Origin: Octopus bimaculoides
Taxonomy: Eukaryota
Assembly: GCF_001194135.2 (NCBI RefSeq)
Contig: NC_068993.1
Coordinates: 14,357,700 to 14,392,122 of the forward strand
Reading direction: 5' to 3'
DNA length: 34,423 nucleotides
The notes below the pieces were generated by a model. The model made no database searches and was not told the DNA's origin. It worked only from the letters and a program-made list of their open reading frames with translations. Each line of letters opens with the position of its first letter. Positions within the stretch are counted from its first letter, which is position 1. Of this stretch, positions 21,809 to 34,378 are shown in pieces. The position numbers were made by a program, and so were the translations under genes.

Positions 21809-22517
21809 GTAAGTCGCTTCATGATTAATTTGAGTTCACACAAATACGAACTATGAGGGCACACTGCAGATCAATGTAACTTTGAATATATACAAATTAG
21901 CAGTTTCTACCCTTCACAAAGCTTGTTTGATCGTTACAGGCAAAACGATGCTTATGTCGGATGTGTAGCGCTGGCAAAAGTTTGACTTTGAAGTAGGTGG
22001 CCCATATTGAAAGTTCGTTCGTTGGAAGTACGGTTATCTAATGATGAGGCTCAATTTCAACTTTTATATCTGACTTCCGTCTGATTAAAATATATGGATG
22101 CTGTTCGTTCCGTTCTTCGATTTAACGCTGTAAATGATCGAGATGTTATTACTGTTTTCTCTTATAATTTTTTCGCCTTGTTTATACTAGATGTTTACAT
22201 TCTAGTATATAATTAAATTTACTTTCTGCTTCTTGTTGATATGTTTCCCTGCTGCATTCAATTCAAAACGCCTGGTGGGGACGGAGTGTTGTCTTTCTAT
22301 GTCATCATTGGCTGAAGGTAAACACGGTTAAAATTATCTTTAAATATCGAAAAAATGACAAACGGTGTTTATCATTCTACGTGATAGAAATGTTTTAGAC
22401 GTATTATCTAGAGAAATATTTCAAAATAAATGATATGCCCTTCTTCAGTTATACTTGATAAATATCCAAATTTTGCAGTGCAACAAGACACATATCTTAC
22501 ATATATTTTGCTAATTG

Positions 22518-22549
22518 TAATAATAATGATCATCATCATCATCATCATC

Positions 22550-22610
<61 letters not shown>

Positions 22611-22626
22611 TAATAACAATAATAAT
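22518..22626. repeat. (ATC)n-(AAT)n trinucleotide microsatellite
   Basis: Direct observation; explains the poly-Ile ORF 22430-22654. Confidence 0.97.
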
Positions 22627-23594
22627 ATCACCATATTCACCATCGGCAAATTAATATCATATTATTAAAAATTCTCATTTCTTAAGTGCGTAATGTAGCA
22701 CTTAAGACGGACTATATACCCGGCTGTAAATTTTGGCAAGCGTCCAGTTAGAGCAATTAAACGTCAGTTTTTATTGAGAAATTAATAATTATAATTCAAT
22801 AATGGTAATCATCGATTTCCTGTTAGGGAATAAGTTTGTGAAGTGGATACATATATTTTATTCGTCCGTTTGATGTATTCTGAAATATAATTAACGTAAG
22901 TTCAATAGAAATTATATAGTTGCTATATTTATGACAAACACGTCTTCAACCGACCAATATTTATGATTATATTATTGATGGCTTGAATACAGCTACCGTC
23001 ATAATGCAGCAGTCAATTTTTCAAGCTGGTTTCGATACTTGTTTGAAGTTAATACATTTCAATTTTACAGCAAATAATCAAGTCATCAAATTCTCATGGC
23101 CAACTAATTTTCTGATTTTAAATACCTCCTGCGCTGAGTCTAAATTATATCCCGTGGCATTCAACAATAAAAGAAGATCAGCACTATTTTGTTGGGATTG
23201 GCTGAATGAACTAGATATTTGCATTGCAGAGTAGCAGATAAAATGATTCTACAAATCTAATATTTAGTTTTTAATACAGTGAAGTTCCTAATGTGTAAGC
23301 AAATACTCACATTATAGGCAACTTGGAACAGGTGATGAACTGGCTTAAGTTACCGTAGGACTTAACATTGCATTGGGAACACGTCTGTGATGTATATTAG
23401 TAGGCGGTAAGTAAGTACAATTGTCAATAGTTGGAGTGCTAAGGATGTGGGAAAGATGTGGGAAATAGAAAATAAGTGTGGAGAGATTAAAGACTATTGC
23501 GTGAAACTGTATCGTAAGTTTGAATTACAGCCTTCTATTTCAGAAAGAGAAGGTCGAAGCTTTTTTTTTTCTTTTATTTTATCTCTCGCGGAAT

Positions 23595-23700
23595 TATGAA
23601 CAGAAAAGTTGATCTTAGAAAAATTTGAATTCAGAACATCAAGAGCTGGAAGAAATGCTGCCAAATGTTTTGTTCACTGGAATAATGATTCTGCCGTATC
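23595..23700 (-). mobile_element. Nin/Deu-domain-like SINE, old fragment (copy G)
   Basis: AAAAGTTGATCT..AATTTGAATTCAGAACATCAAGAG..GAAATGCTGCCAAATGTTTTG..AATGATTCTGCC. Confidence 0.65.
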
Positions 23701-24095
23701 TCCCTGGTTTTGCAATAACAACAGAAACTTGTGTAAATTCGTGGACAAGCGAATTTTTTCAGTAGCTCTTTCTTTTTGTGGGTATTACCTTGAGTGTAGT
23801 GTGTACTGTGTGCATCCATATGCACTTATATATTAATGATGTACACAAATACATGACAGGTATACATAATACTGAAATACACGTAAAGTAAACACATGCA
23901 GACAAATATATTAATATAACCAATTTTATTAAAATAATAAACATATATAATGAATGAAGAGCACACTGCAGACGCGTGTAAATTTAGCGTGACAGGTCCA
24001 TCGAATTACTGGTACAACTCATTTCTGTCAGCTGAGTAGGATTCATATGCATACGTGCATGTATAGGAATAAATGTATATACGTATATATATGTC

Positions 24096-24396
24096 GGCGC
24101 CGGAGTGGCTGTGTGACTTCGGATTCAGTCCTACTGCGCAGCACATTGCGCAAGTGTCGAATATATATGTATAAAGGTATGCATGTGTTTTTTTTGTCTA
24201 TGTTTGACCCCCACCCACCGGGATCGAGAGACGATGTCGGTGTGTTTACGTCAACTTAGCAGTTCGAGAGAAATCACCGATACAATCAGTACAAGCCTTA
24301 CAAAGAATAAGTCTAAGGGTCGATTTCATCGACGAAAATGCAGTGCTCCTGCAAATGACTGAAAGAAGTTAAAGAATATAAGAATAAATAAAAGAA
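24096..24396 (+). mobile_element. Octopus OK-type tRNA SINE, internally deleted
   Basis: GGCGCCGGAGTGGCTGTGTG..GGATTCAGTCCTACTGCG..GCAAGTGTC, (TA/TG)n spacer, GATGTCGGTGTGTTTACGTC..AACTTAGCAGTTCG..CCGATA..AGTAC..GCCTTACAAAGAATAAGTC..GGGTCGATTT..CGAC, ..AATGACTGAAA..A-rich tail; family name from memory of the consensus. Confidence 0.8.
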
Positions 24397-25335
24397 TGTG
24401 CGTGTGTGTGTGTGTACACACCGGTTGAAGCATATGACCTAATTCTGTAAAAAGAAAGTCGGTATGAAATTTAGTGCACACAAGTAAATAAGGGAAATAC
24501 TGACAAATCAGTTAATTAAGGTGGGTTACATTCTCTTGAAACTTCAAACTATAAAGTACATTTCTATTAAAGTGTTCAATATTGTATACATACTTTTGGT
24601 GCATACTGTAACAAAATTTAACATAATAGCGTTAAAGGCTTCGGTAGAGTTATAGAAATATCTTGCATTGTGTATGTTTTATTAGATATGAACAATTCAA
24701 AAATTATGTAAAAAATACGAAAGCAAAATACAGAAATGATAAAAATAAACGAAAGGACGATGGTGGGGAATAAACTTCCTTGTTTAGCGCTGTTATATTT
24801 CATAAAAAAGTAAATATTTTCTACTGCAGTAATGTAGTAATCATATCAAAATATATCTTTCGTATATTATCAATTTTTTTCTCTCTCTGACACGTTTTCA
24901 CAGTTTCTGTTGCAACTACATAGTTTAGAAAATATTCACATATAGCCAGCCTTTGACTCGCTAGTGATCATTGCAGAGAAAATGTAGAAAACGCAAAAAT
25001 TTGTTTTCTGAGGTCGCTGAAAATCAATATATAATACAATATTACCCTACCTACTTTGAAAATTCCCTTTAAGGAAGCCTGGCTACGCTTATTTTAAATG
25101 CACAATGAAAACCATTTTCTTGCAACATAATTTGACGAAATAACGTTTGATGAGACTGTTTAAGAGAAATTTATTCAGAAACCTTCTATCGTCCAGTCAT
25201 TTCTTCAACATGCATGTGTTGGCTGGTGCTTGGCTTACAACACCCAATTACAGTCTAGTATAGATACGCAATATTAAAAGCTGAATCTTCTTTTCTTCCG
25301 TTCAACCTTCATCTATCATTGCATACAACTCTCAG

Positions 25336-25418
25336 ATCAAAGCTCAGAAGATTATAGTAAATTAGTTAATTTTGAAGAAATTGACGTTGAAGAAACGTAT
25401 GGCGACTATGGCTTTTGA
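25336..25418 (+). CDS. Weak candidate phase-1 exon, acidic peptide (D)QSSEDYSKLVNFEEIDVEETYGDYGF*
   Basis: Long polypyrimidine tract ending ACTCTCAG|, purine-rich GAAGAA motifs, phase compatible with the 21808 donor. Confidence 0.2.
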
Positions 25419-25589
25419 CGTCCATCCCTTTAGGGCTTTGGCAGTTTTGTATTTTCTTTAAGAAGTCGGAAGATTCATTCACATGAGGGAATTAAGTCCA
25501 ATCATTTGTACAACTATTGGAGAATGAAAAAAATATATATGTATCTATATAATGAAACTGCATTTCTACCTCTAGGGATATATTCTTTA

Positions 25590-25778
25590 TACATACATAC
25601 AGGCGCGCTCATACATGCATACTTATACATACATACATACATACATGCATAAATACATACCTACACAAATATACACATATATACATGTATGACTGTGAAT
25701 ATATATACACATATATATAAATATATATATACGAGTGATATGTTTGCATGTCTCAATGTGCGTGTGTATTCACGAGTG

Positions 25779-25856
<78 letters not shown>

Positions 25857-25995
25857 TGTGTGTATGAAAGCATACATAAATTTGTACACACACATATATG
25901 CGTGTATGTGTGTGTATTTGTAGATATGTTTTGTCTGTCTGTAGATATATGCGTTTAAGCATATGTATGTGTGTATGTAAGCATGTATGTATGTA
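25590..25995. repeat. (ATAC)n/(AT)n/(TG)n microsatellite field
   Basis: Direct observation. Confidence 0.95.
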
Positions 25996-28900
25996 AAATC
26001 AAATTCTATGAAGAAAAGAGTTTTGAGTTAAGATTTTTTTAAAGTTACTGACAGAAAATGTTTCAGATAAGTACAAAAAAAAGAAACAAGACAAAATAAA
26101 GCATGAAAATAGAAAATACAAAATATATAAATCATAAAATAAAGTGCAAATTATTTCCTCTAAAACATAAACCTATATTCTCTTTAAAAAAAATAAAGAA
26201 AACAAAAGTGCATCGTATGAAAAGATGTAAAAAAAAACATTGCTTGTGGAATTCCACCTTTTTTTAGCTTCTCTTTCAGTGTTTTGATTGGTGGCGGAGA
26301 CGCGGTATAGGTTTTCAATGTCAAGGTTTATAATCATCCCCATCGAATATGAGATTTTTTTAGGGATGAGTAAGTTAGAGGTAAATATATGTAGGTATTA
26401 GACACCTAATATGACTCACTAGATGATATTAGATTTATTCTGATTACTTCACGCATTTATTCTGAAGTAAATACTTGCTGCATCGTTCATTTTTAATTTC
26501 CTGTTTCGGTCAGTGGGATCATTTTGATACTAAGTATCAGCCGAGCGTCTTTAAATCAATGACTTCATTTACTAGGTTAATCGACACAAATTGATGTGAA
26601 ATTTAGAAGGATATTATTAATTTAAGATTATCTTAGTAGAAATATAATTTCCATATGAGAATATGTCGAAGTAAATAGCATTTAATAATGATAATATAAA
26701 AAATGAATTTCGAACGCAATAGAAGGAAATTGATGCGTTAGTTGATACCCCTTATAATATTCAAAATCGTACAGACTGTCATAATTCTCGCGTTAGTTTA
26801 GAATAGTGTTGTAAGACAGATAACATGCGTATTTAAGAGAAGATACATCGATCGCTGCAAAAAGACATGGTTGGATTATCTAAAAGAATGCATTTGCTCA
26901 ATATGTGTATAATTTTTATTTTACTTTCATTATTGCTTACATTGTAAATAGGTGTTAATCACATGCTTAAGTACTCAACATATAAAGGCAGCAGGTGAAG
27001 GTAAACAGCTAACTTTTTAATGATCTATTAATGCCTAGAGAATTATATATTCTTTGTTTTGCATCGTATTACATTTGTTCTGGTAAAATATGATTCCATG
27101 AAACAAGTATACGTACAGTATGAAAATTAAGGCATAATGAAATGAGAAATTAAACCAATGAAAACATTGGATTCTGTAGCAGCAACGCTGTCAACATGAA
27201 TGTGTCAACAGACATGCCGAGACACAGTCAAAAGCAGATCAAGATATTTCTAAACTGGCGAGAAATACTATAAAATAAACCAAGAAAACTACTTTGTGTT
27301 TGAAGACTAAGTAAGGATACCAAATTCCCATGAACATCATGTGTGACTGAATAATATTACAATATATAGATAAGGAAGTGAGAATATGAATATAACAACA
27401 CCATTCATTAAAGATCTTCGGGATAAGCGTGGACGTAATACTAAACATCACCCGCATCATCATTGGCAATAATAATAGGTTCTAAAATTTGGGAAGGTGA
27501 TGACGTTATGCAAACATACATGACAGGGTACATGAAAAGTAAGGCTGTCTGATGAGTATCATGAATTCACTCATCAAAAACTGTCCAACTTTTGCACAAT
27601 ATTTAATGAAGTCCACTTTGACACAAAAAGTTGGGATGCATTGGGGTTTTGATATATTTTTTCAGCCAACTAATCTGTAAACAAGGGATATTGGCTATTT
27701 TTTTCAGTCTTAAGGAAATGAAAGAATAATCTATATTAGTTTAATTTGGATTGCAGATTTGTTAATTCGTCAAAGAAACTGCTGTGAAAGATTTCATTAC
27801 GTCACATTAAGGAGATTATTTGATATTCCACTTTTTACTTAGAGAGAAGAACATATCAAACAATATTTATATCTAAAGTGCCTGTCATTTAGATGTGACT
27901 CTGCTTCAGCGTCTGGAATAACCTTTTGCATGTTACGGATACGGACTTCTTTTTCCGTCGTTCCTCATCTATAAAGTCTCACCTCTCAACGGCACCAATA
28001 GTCAACTGAAAGGCAAAGGTCGATATAACTATGCACCTATATCATCGTAGAAGAGAACTTAGAATATAAAAGTCGGAGACAAATAACACAAGGTATTTTG
28101 TCCAACACTAACAGTTCTTTCATTCCACCTTCATGAACTGGTACTCTGCTTTATTCACTCTCGGAGAGAGAAAAGTAAAGGTGAACTAAAAACATAAATA
28201 AGCGGAAAAATCTTACGTAATCTCTTCACGCTCCATGTGTCTCCCAGTCGAGTGCCCCAGTGCACATAGTTAGTTCAATAGCGTAGATGATACTCTGAGA
28301 TAAACTTAGCCATTTTTGAACAAATTAAGACTTTTAATCATTATTTGACTCTTTTTACTGTAATAGAAGAAACGAGCTACTTGAAGCAGAAAAGGTCGTG
28401 GCTAAATTCTCGTTCGTTTTGTGTCACACCTTTTATTAGTCTATTAAAAATTAAGTTTAACACAATACAAATTTCTGTCTAATGCTACATATCAAATAAG
28501 TACCAGTTATGTATGCGTGTCGCTTAACATAACTCGATGCTTTTCTAAACTATCTAGACAATTTCAAGTGATGGAAGCAGTTATTGTCAATAGCGTTTAT
28601 AACGATGATTTTGATATCATTAATGCTATAATTATTGTTGTTTTTAGATATAAAAGAACAAAACAATATAAATATAGATGGGACGTTAATGTCAATATTT
28701 ACAGATCTTCCCTGAGAACAAACGCATTTTTCTAATTCTTCTGTATTATTTAATTGTGCTTTCTTTACATCATTGTTTATAACGAACATTAATTAATTAA
28801 TTTTATTTATTCATTTTCCAAATACTCTTTCATTAATGTAATTATTTTTGGCCAAACTCTAAAGTGTAAAAAGTGAACATAAAAAAAAATGGGGATTGTA

Positions 28901-30489
28901 TTTCGAAACTTCTCTAACAATGTAGCTGCTATAGTTTTTTTTTCTAATAAAACTATTGTAGAGTCTTTATATTGTCAAATCTCTTTCGATTATTTTTTCA
29001 GTTAACAAAATTAAGATCAAGATTGGGAATTTGATTAATCCATGAAACGAAACACATCTCTCGTTTTAACATAAAGAATCATTGTGAATGAAATTTATCA
29101 TGCTTCTTTTTTTTTATTTTACTTGCGTTGATAAAAGTTTTCTTTATTAGAAAACGACTAAGAAAAAAATTCCTTTTGATGCCATTAATATTTTTTTCGC
29201 TTTGGTCCATGATACGCGGAAAAAGCTGTAAACACTTACGTCATTATATTACTGGTATTTTAGCAACTATGCACATATAATTGTTGAACTTCTTGAAAAA
29301 CCAAATAAAGGAGTCGTTATCAATTTATGACAAACCTTACAACTATTTCTTTGGCTTTAAATGTTCATGCAATAGCCAACGATTCAGTAGAATATGGTTC
29401 ATCTTCAAAATAAAAGGTTTTCATTATTTTACTTTCTTCCACTTATTAAAATTTTTCCCGAAAAGCCAACGCTTACTTTCTTCCTTCTAGAATTCATAAA
29501 CGAAGTAAAAAAACAATATCGGGTCACTCGTCTACAACCCCTTGTAAAATTGTTAAGTTTAACCCTTTGATACTAACCTACTTAAGACCACCCTTTGTTC
29601 TATGATACAGAATACTTGCTTTAAATTGATCTATATTAAAATATTACAAAATATATCAAGTAAATGTTCGTTTCAAATAGCAACTTAATTATTTTAGTAA
29701 ATACTTTTATCATTTCTCCATAGTCGACTGAAACAATGGTAGTATTTTTCATAAAAAAAACAAATAATAATAATATGGTAGCAAAAGTCGTAAAGTGATA
29801 TAGAGGAAATGATAGGGAACATTCTATCGGTCTGCCTCTAAAAGTTTAGCTACGTATACTTAAAACCCAGTAGAGAATAATATTACGTCACTGGTAGTTA
29901 TGCGTTCGAAACAACAAATATATGTAGAGTGTGTGACCAGTTCAACAAAATAAAATATAACAAAATATTTATAAAATATCAGAAGAAATGAACAGTTATA
30001 TATACGCATTTGTTTTAACACGTAGTGTCACTCGAAATTTTTGATAATAAACTATTTTGGTATATTTTCCCATTTCTACATGTTGTTTTAAAATCTGTTA
30101 TTATTGCAATGAAAGACAAGTGAATTTCCATGTTAGTTTCAGCAATGTTAACCACTCCACTGTTTTATAAAACAGATAAAATTGTGAACAGAAGATGAAT
30201 TTTACACTGCATTTTGTCATGGTGATGTTATGTAACATTAAACACCGAAACATGAAACTACCCTCAAAAAGGAGCATCGTATGGATTACAGAATAGTTTT
30301 TCACATTACAGATATGATTTCTGATTTGCAAGACCTTATAGCTTCTTCAACGCTGTAGTAAGTAGGGTATGTTGTTTCATGTAGAGATAGAAATCATTGT
30401 ATTGAAACGACAGTAGCTAATCCTATTGGTGAATACGCGAACATGTTGATAGACACAGATATATAATATAAAGGAATGCAAAATAGATA

Positions 30490-30928
30490 ATGCAATATAT
30501 ACGTATGTATGTGCATATATACATGATCATACATACATATATGTAGATATATCTATATATGTATATGTATACGTGTGTATGTATATGTGTACATGTATAT
30601 ATATATATATATATNNNNNNNNNNNNNNNNNNNNNNNNNNNNNNNNNNNNNNNNNNNNNNNNNNNNNNNNNNNNNNNNNNNNNNNNNNNNNNNNNNNNNN
30701 NNNNNNNNNNNNNNNNNNNNNNNNNNNNNNNNNNNNNNNNNNNNNNNNNNNNNNNNNNNNNNNNNNNNNNNNNNNNNNNNNNNNNNNNNNNNNNNNNNNN
30801 NNNNNNNNNNNNNNNNNNNNNNNNNNNNNNNNNNNNNNNNNNNNNNNNNNNNNNNNNNNNNNNNNNNNNNNNNNNNNNNNNNNNNNNNNNNNNNNNNNNN
30901 NNNNNNNNNNNNNNNNNNNNNNNNNNNN

Positions 30929-30961
<33 letters not shown>

Positions 30962-31030
30962 TATACACACCACACATACATATACATACACCTATGTTAC
31001 ATATATACATATATGTATATGCCTATATAG
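30490..31030. repeat. (AT)n/(ATGT)n microsatellite around assembly gap 30615-30928
   Basis: Direct observation. Confidence 0.95.
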
Positions 31031-32059
31031 TTGTGCAGTGATTTTCAGTAGAGATTCTCATATTTCCCCATTCATGACAAATCATTTTTTTTCCTTAAAG
31101 AGGATTCATATTTCCAACAAATTAATATCCGTTCAAATCCCTCTTTGCTTTTCATCCATAGATGAAACGAAAAATCTCTAAAAAAGATGCCACAGGCAAG
31201 TTTCTCTTTTCTCTGTAGGTTTTGTGATAACATATGTTCATCTTGCTTTAAATGAAGAAAACAAAATACATTTTTCGAACATGTCAAGTAATAATGGATA
31301 AAAAAGAAGAAACTGAGTAGAGAATATTCTTTGTAATATATATGCTTCCTATTATCTCTTTGTTAGTTGATATAGCTATATGACTCGCTGCTAATGTCTA
31401 AATGTAATTTAAATATTTTAAAAAATGTTCACAGAAAAGGCTTAAAACAAAATTGCTAGAGCTGATCCTAGATTTTATCTTTCTGTCAATGTAGTACTTG
31501 GTGTTCAATATATTCTCGAATAATAACCATTACAATGGGCTCTCAGATTTAGGTTTACAAGAATATTCTATCGACTCACTTGAATAAAATCATATTGACA
31601 AATATACTTATCAAATAGAAGTTGCAGTTACGTGTCAGATTCTCTTAAGTGGTTAAACTATTTTTCTAAAATATTTCCCGAAATAATTTTCAGTAATATC
31701 TCAATACTTTTAATGTATAATACTTCAATTGGTCGCCGTTGATATTTTTTTGTTTGTTTCGATTAAGTAATAACTGATATTTCGAAAAAGAAGGCATCTT
31801 GTGAAATATATATTAGAGCTCAGGTGAAAAAAGCTGATAAATGGTTTAAGCGAATATTATGGAACTTTCAGGTGTCAAGCATAAATTCATTGGATAGGAA
31901 AAAAAAATAATAAAAACACAATAAAGGAAACATTGCCGTACATGAAATTTCCTTCCATACCAAATTTAGATTTAAATTCTGCGCAGATACTTGAAGAATG
32001 AAATGTACTAAGTAAAATTGCTTGTTTTGTCTTCTACAGGCACAGAACAAACACTGCAA

Positions 32060-32264
32060 CAAAACACATGCATGTATACAAACATACCTACATACATATA
32101 TGTACTTGGATATATGTGTGCATATGTGTGTGTATATATATATACACACATATATGCGTGTGTGTGCATGCGTATGTGCATGTATAGGTATGTACTTGTT
32201 TATGTGTGTATCTATATCTGTCTGTATATATGTACTTGTATAAGTATATCTCTANNNNNNNNNN

Positions 32265-32311
<47 letters not shown>

Positions 32312-32335
32312 ATCTATCTATCAATCTATCTATGT
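32060..32335. repeat. (TG)n/(AT)n/(ATCT)n microsatellite around 10-N gap 32255-32264
   Basis: Direct observation. Confidence 0.93.
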
Positions 32336-32676
32336 CCATTCACGCGAATGGAGGGAAAATAAGTGTGAAAATGTATGAAGGCTAGGTGAAAAAGGTGGTG
32401 TGGGGTGCATATTTGTGTTTAGAGAATAGTCTTAGTGATCAATGTATATTTCTTCGCCTCCTGTGAAATTCAAAAACAACCTTTTTCCGTTTATCGTATT
32501 TCGTTAAAGAAGAAAACCCACAACCTTCCGTCTCAATAAACCACTATTGTCCCTGAATGTTGCTTCTTGTTTTTTTATTTACAAAAGTTTACTTGAAGAT
32601 AACTTTCTTCCTACACTTCCTATAAGGTTAAAAGGTTTCACACGTGTAAATGTAGATTCTTTTCTACTCTAAGAAC

Positions 32677-32863
32677 AAGGCCCGTAATTTGGTGGGAAGG
32701 ACCAGTCAATTAGATTGGCCCTAGTACACAATTGGCACTAAATTTATCGACCCCAAACGATCGAAGGCAAAGTCGACCTCGGCGGAAGTGGAACTCAGAA
32801 CGCAAAGAAATTTCGCTAAGCATTTCGCCCGGCACGCTAACGTTTCTATCAGCTCGACGCCTT
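32677..32863 (-). mobile_element. Nin/Deu-domain-like SINE (copy H, well preserved)
   Basis: AATTTATCGACCCCAAACGATCGAAGGCAAAGTCGACCTCGGCGGAAGTGGAACTCAGAACG..GCTAAGCATTTCGCCCGGCACGCTAACGTTTCT..CAGCTCGACGCCTT. Confidence 0.88.
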
Positions 32864-33182
32864 ATATGTGTAAATGTATATTGTAAATATAAGAAATTGC
32901 TTAGAGAACTCTTTCGAGGAGTACAGAGAGACAATATACACATGTGTTGCTAAGTAGCCACTATTCTTATTTGTCGTATTCATACTGGAATAAAATAAAG
33001 AATTAAATTCAATTCATATTTCATATCAGTTCTGAAATATTTTCTTATGAAAATCACATGGTGTAGTTTATAGTCTTTTTCTGAATTTTACTAGTAGGCC
33101 GGAAAAACCGGGATGAGAGGAGTAACAGTAGTTATATTAGCAACAGCTGGGACTCCAGGGGTTCATAGCAGTCTTTTTCTAT

Positions 33183-33527
33183 CAGCTAGACTTTTAAACA
33201 TTTTTTTTACTATGGACCTCTTAGATTACTATTTTACTCTGGTGAATCCATATTGCCATTCAATGTTTAAAAAACTGGTTTTATAGATAATTCTTTCAAA
33301 ATTCTTATTTTGCTTTTCAACCATATACTCGTGTGGTTTGAACCATGCACAACATTAGAGAAAAAAAACCTAACTCTTTCATAAGATAAATAAATCTAAA
33401 GCAAAACTGTTCCATGGAGACTTAATATATTTATGAGGATCTCCAATTTACAATCTTGCTTGCAAAGACCACCCAAAATGTTATATGTCCCCTCCAGAGC
33501 CATGTGAACTTCGGTTGTGAACCACTG
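33183..33527. mobile_element. Possible hAT-type MITE
   Basis: Right end CGGTTGTGAACCACTG like the 20070 end; left part TTTTTTTTACTATGGACC; left TIR degenerate. Confidence 0.35.
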
Positions 33528-33589
33528 CTAGATTCTAGCAAGTAGAAGTGGTCGTATTGGCCTTTAGGTATAAAAGGGTAAATATCTCA

Positions 33590-33900
33590 CTTCGATCTTG
33601 AATGATATGGGATTGTACCTAGAAAGTTACCCCCCTACTCAAGGTACATATCCGGGAAAGGTTGTTTATGAAAGACCAGCAGTCGCTCATGAACACCAGC
33701 ATCCCCTCTCCACGCTATCCAAGTTTTCCAAAGGAAAGGCAAAGGCCGATACTGCCTGCCACCATTGACGTTGTAAATCGTTTCTACAGCGGAATGAATT
33801 TGAGCAACGTGAAATAAAGTGTTTTGATCAAGGACAGCACAGGCCAGTCCAGGAATCGAACTCAATATCATATGATTGTGATCCATGCACCTAACAGTAT
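33590..33900 (-). mobile_element. tRNA-derived SINE with CORE-like segment
   Basis: Minus strand: B box GAGTTCGATTCC (33852-33863) followed by TGTGCTGTCCTTGATCAAAACACTTTATTTCACGTTGCTC (CORE-like TCCTTGRGCAAGACACTT); explains ORF 33635-33979. Confidence 0.75.
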
Positions 33901-34027
33901 AATTTTCCCTGATGATCTGTTCTGATTTAACATCCAATTGACCTTGGAATATCAAATGCAGATATCCAAACAACCACATTGATATAACGTACAGAGGAAC
34001 AAAAAAAAAAGCATTCTACCATAGCGA

Positions 34028-34192
34028 CAAGGCCTGAAATTTAGTGGGAATCGAGTAGTCGATTACATCGACACCAGTCCGATGAAAGGTAGGTCGAACC
34101 CGGCGGAATTCGAAATTAGATCGTGAAAAGAGACGAAATACCGCTAATCTTCTCGCCCAGCGTGCTAACGGTTTGGCCAGCTCGCGGCCTTA
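34028..34192 (-). mobile_element. Nin/Deu-domain-like SINE (copy I, internal deletion of about 30 nt)
   Basis: CAAGGCCTGAAATTT..GTCGATTACATCGACACCAGT|GATGAAAGG..GGCGGAATTCGAA..GACGAAATACCGCTAA..GCGTGCTAACG..GCCAGCTCGCGGCCTT. Confidence 0.85.
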
Positions 34193-34373
34193 ACATAGGG
34201 ACTAATAATATAAACCTGTGTTTATCGTGGTTTCTCCAAACCTTTATCTGTAGATCATATATAAGAGGACCACAAAGCATGCTAGCTGCTTTACCAAAAT
34301 ACTGAAAAAATGATTACGAGCATTCTTTACGTGGAGGTCTAAACCTGACAGCAGTTGTCACACCACACAGCTC

Positions 34374-34378
<5 letters not shown>

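Noticed and set aside
22430-22654. Poly-Ile ORF
   Set aside because: (AAT)n/(ATC)n microsatellite
22983-23234. 83-aa plus-strand ORF LNTATVIMQQSIFQAG..
   Set aside because: No convincing donor, TTG start, no recognisable motif, and the antisense frame looks equally protein-like
27239-27469. Hydrophobic 76-aa minus ORF that looks like a TM segment
   Set aside because: Composition effect of A-rich plus-strand DNA; no splice-site support
33852-33900. tRNA gene (also considered at 9350-9420 and 24096-24140)
   Set aside because: A/B boxes are SINE heads; no complete cloverleaf, and each continues into SINE body sequence
33635-33979. 114-aa minus ORF
   Set aside because: Coincides with the CORE-like tRNA SINE
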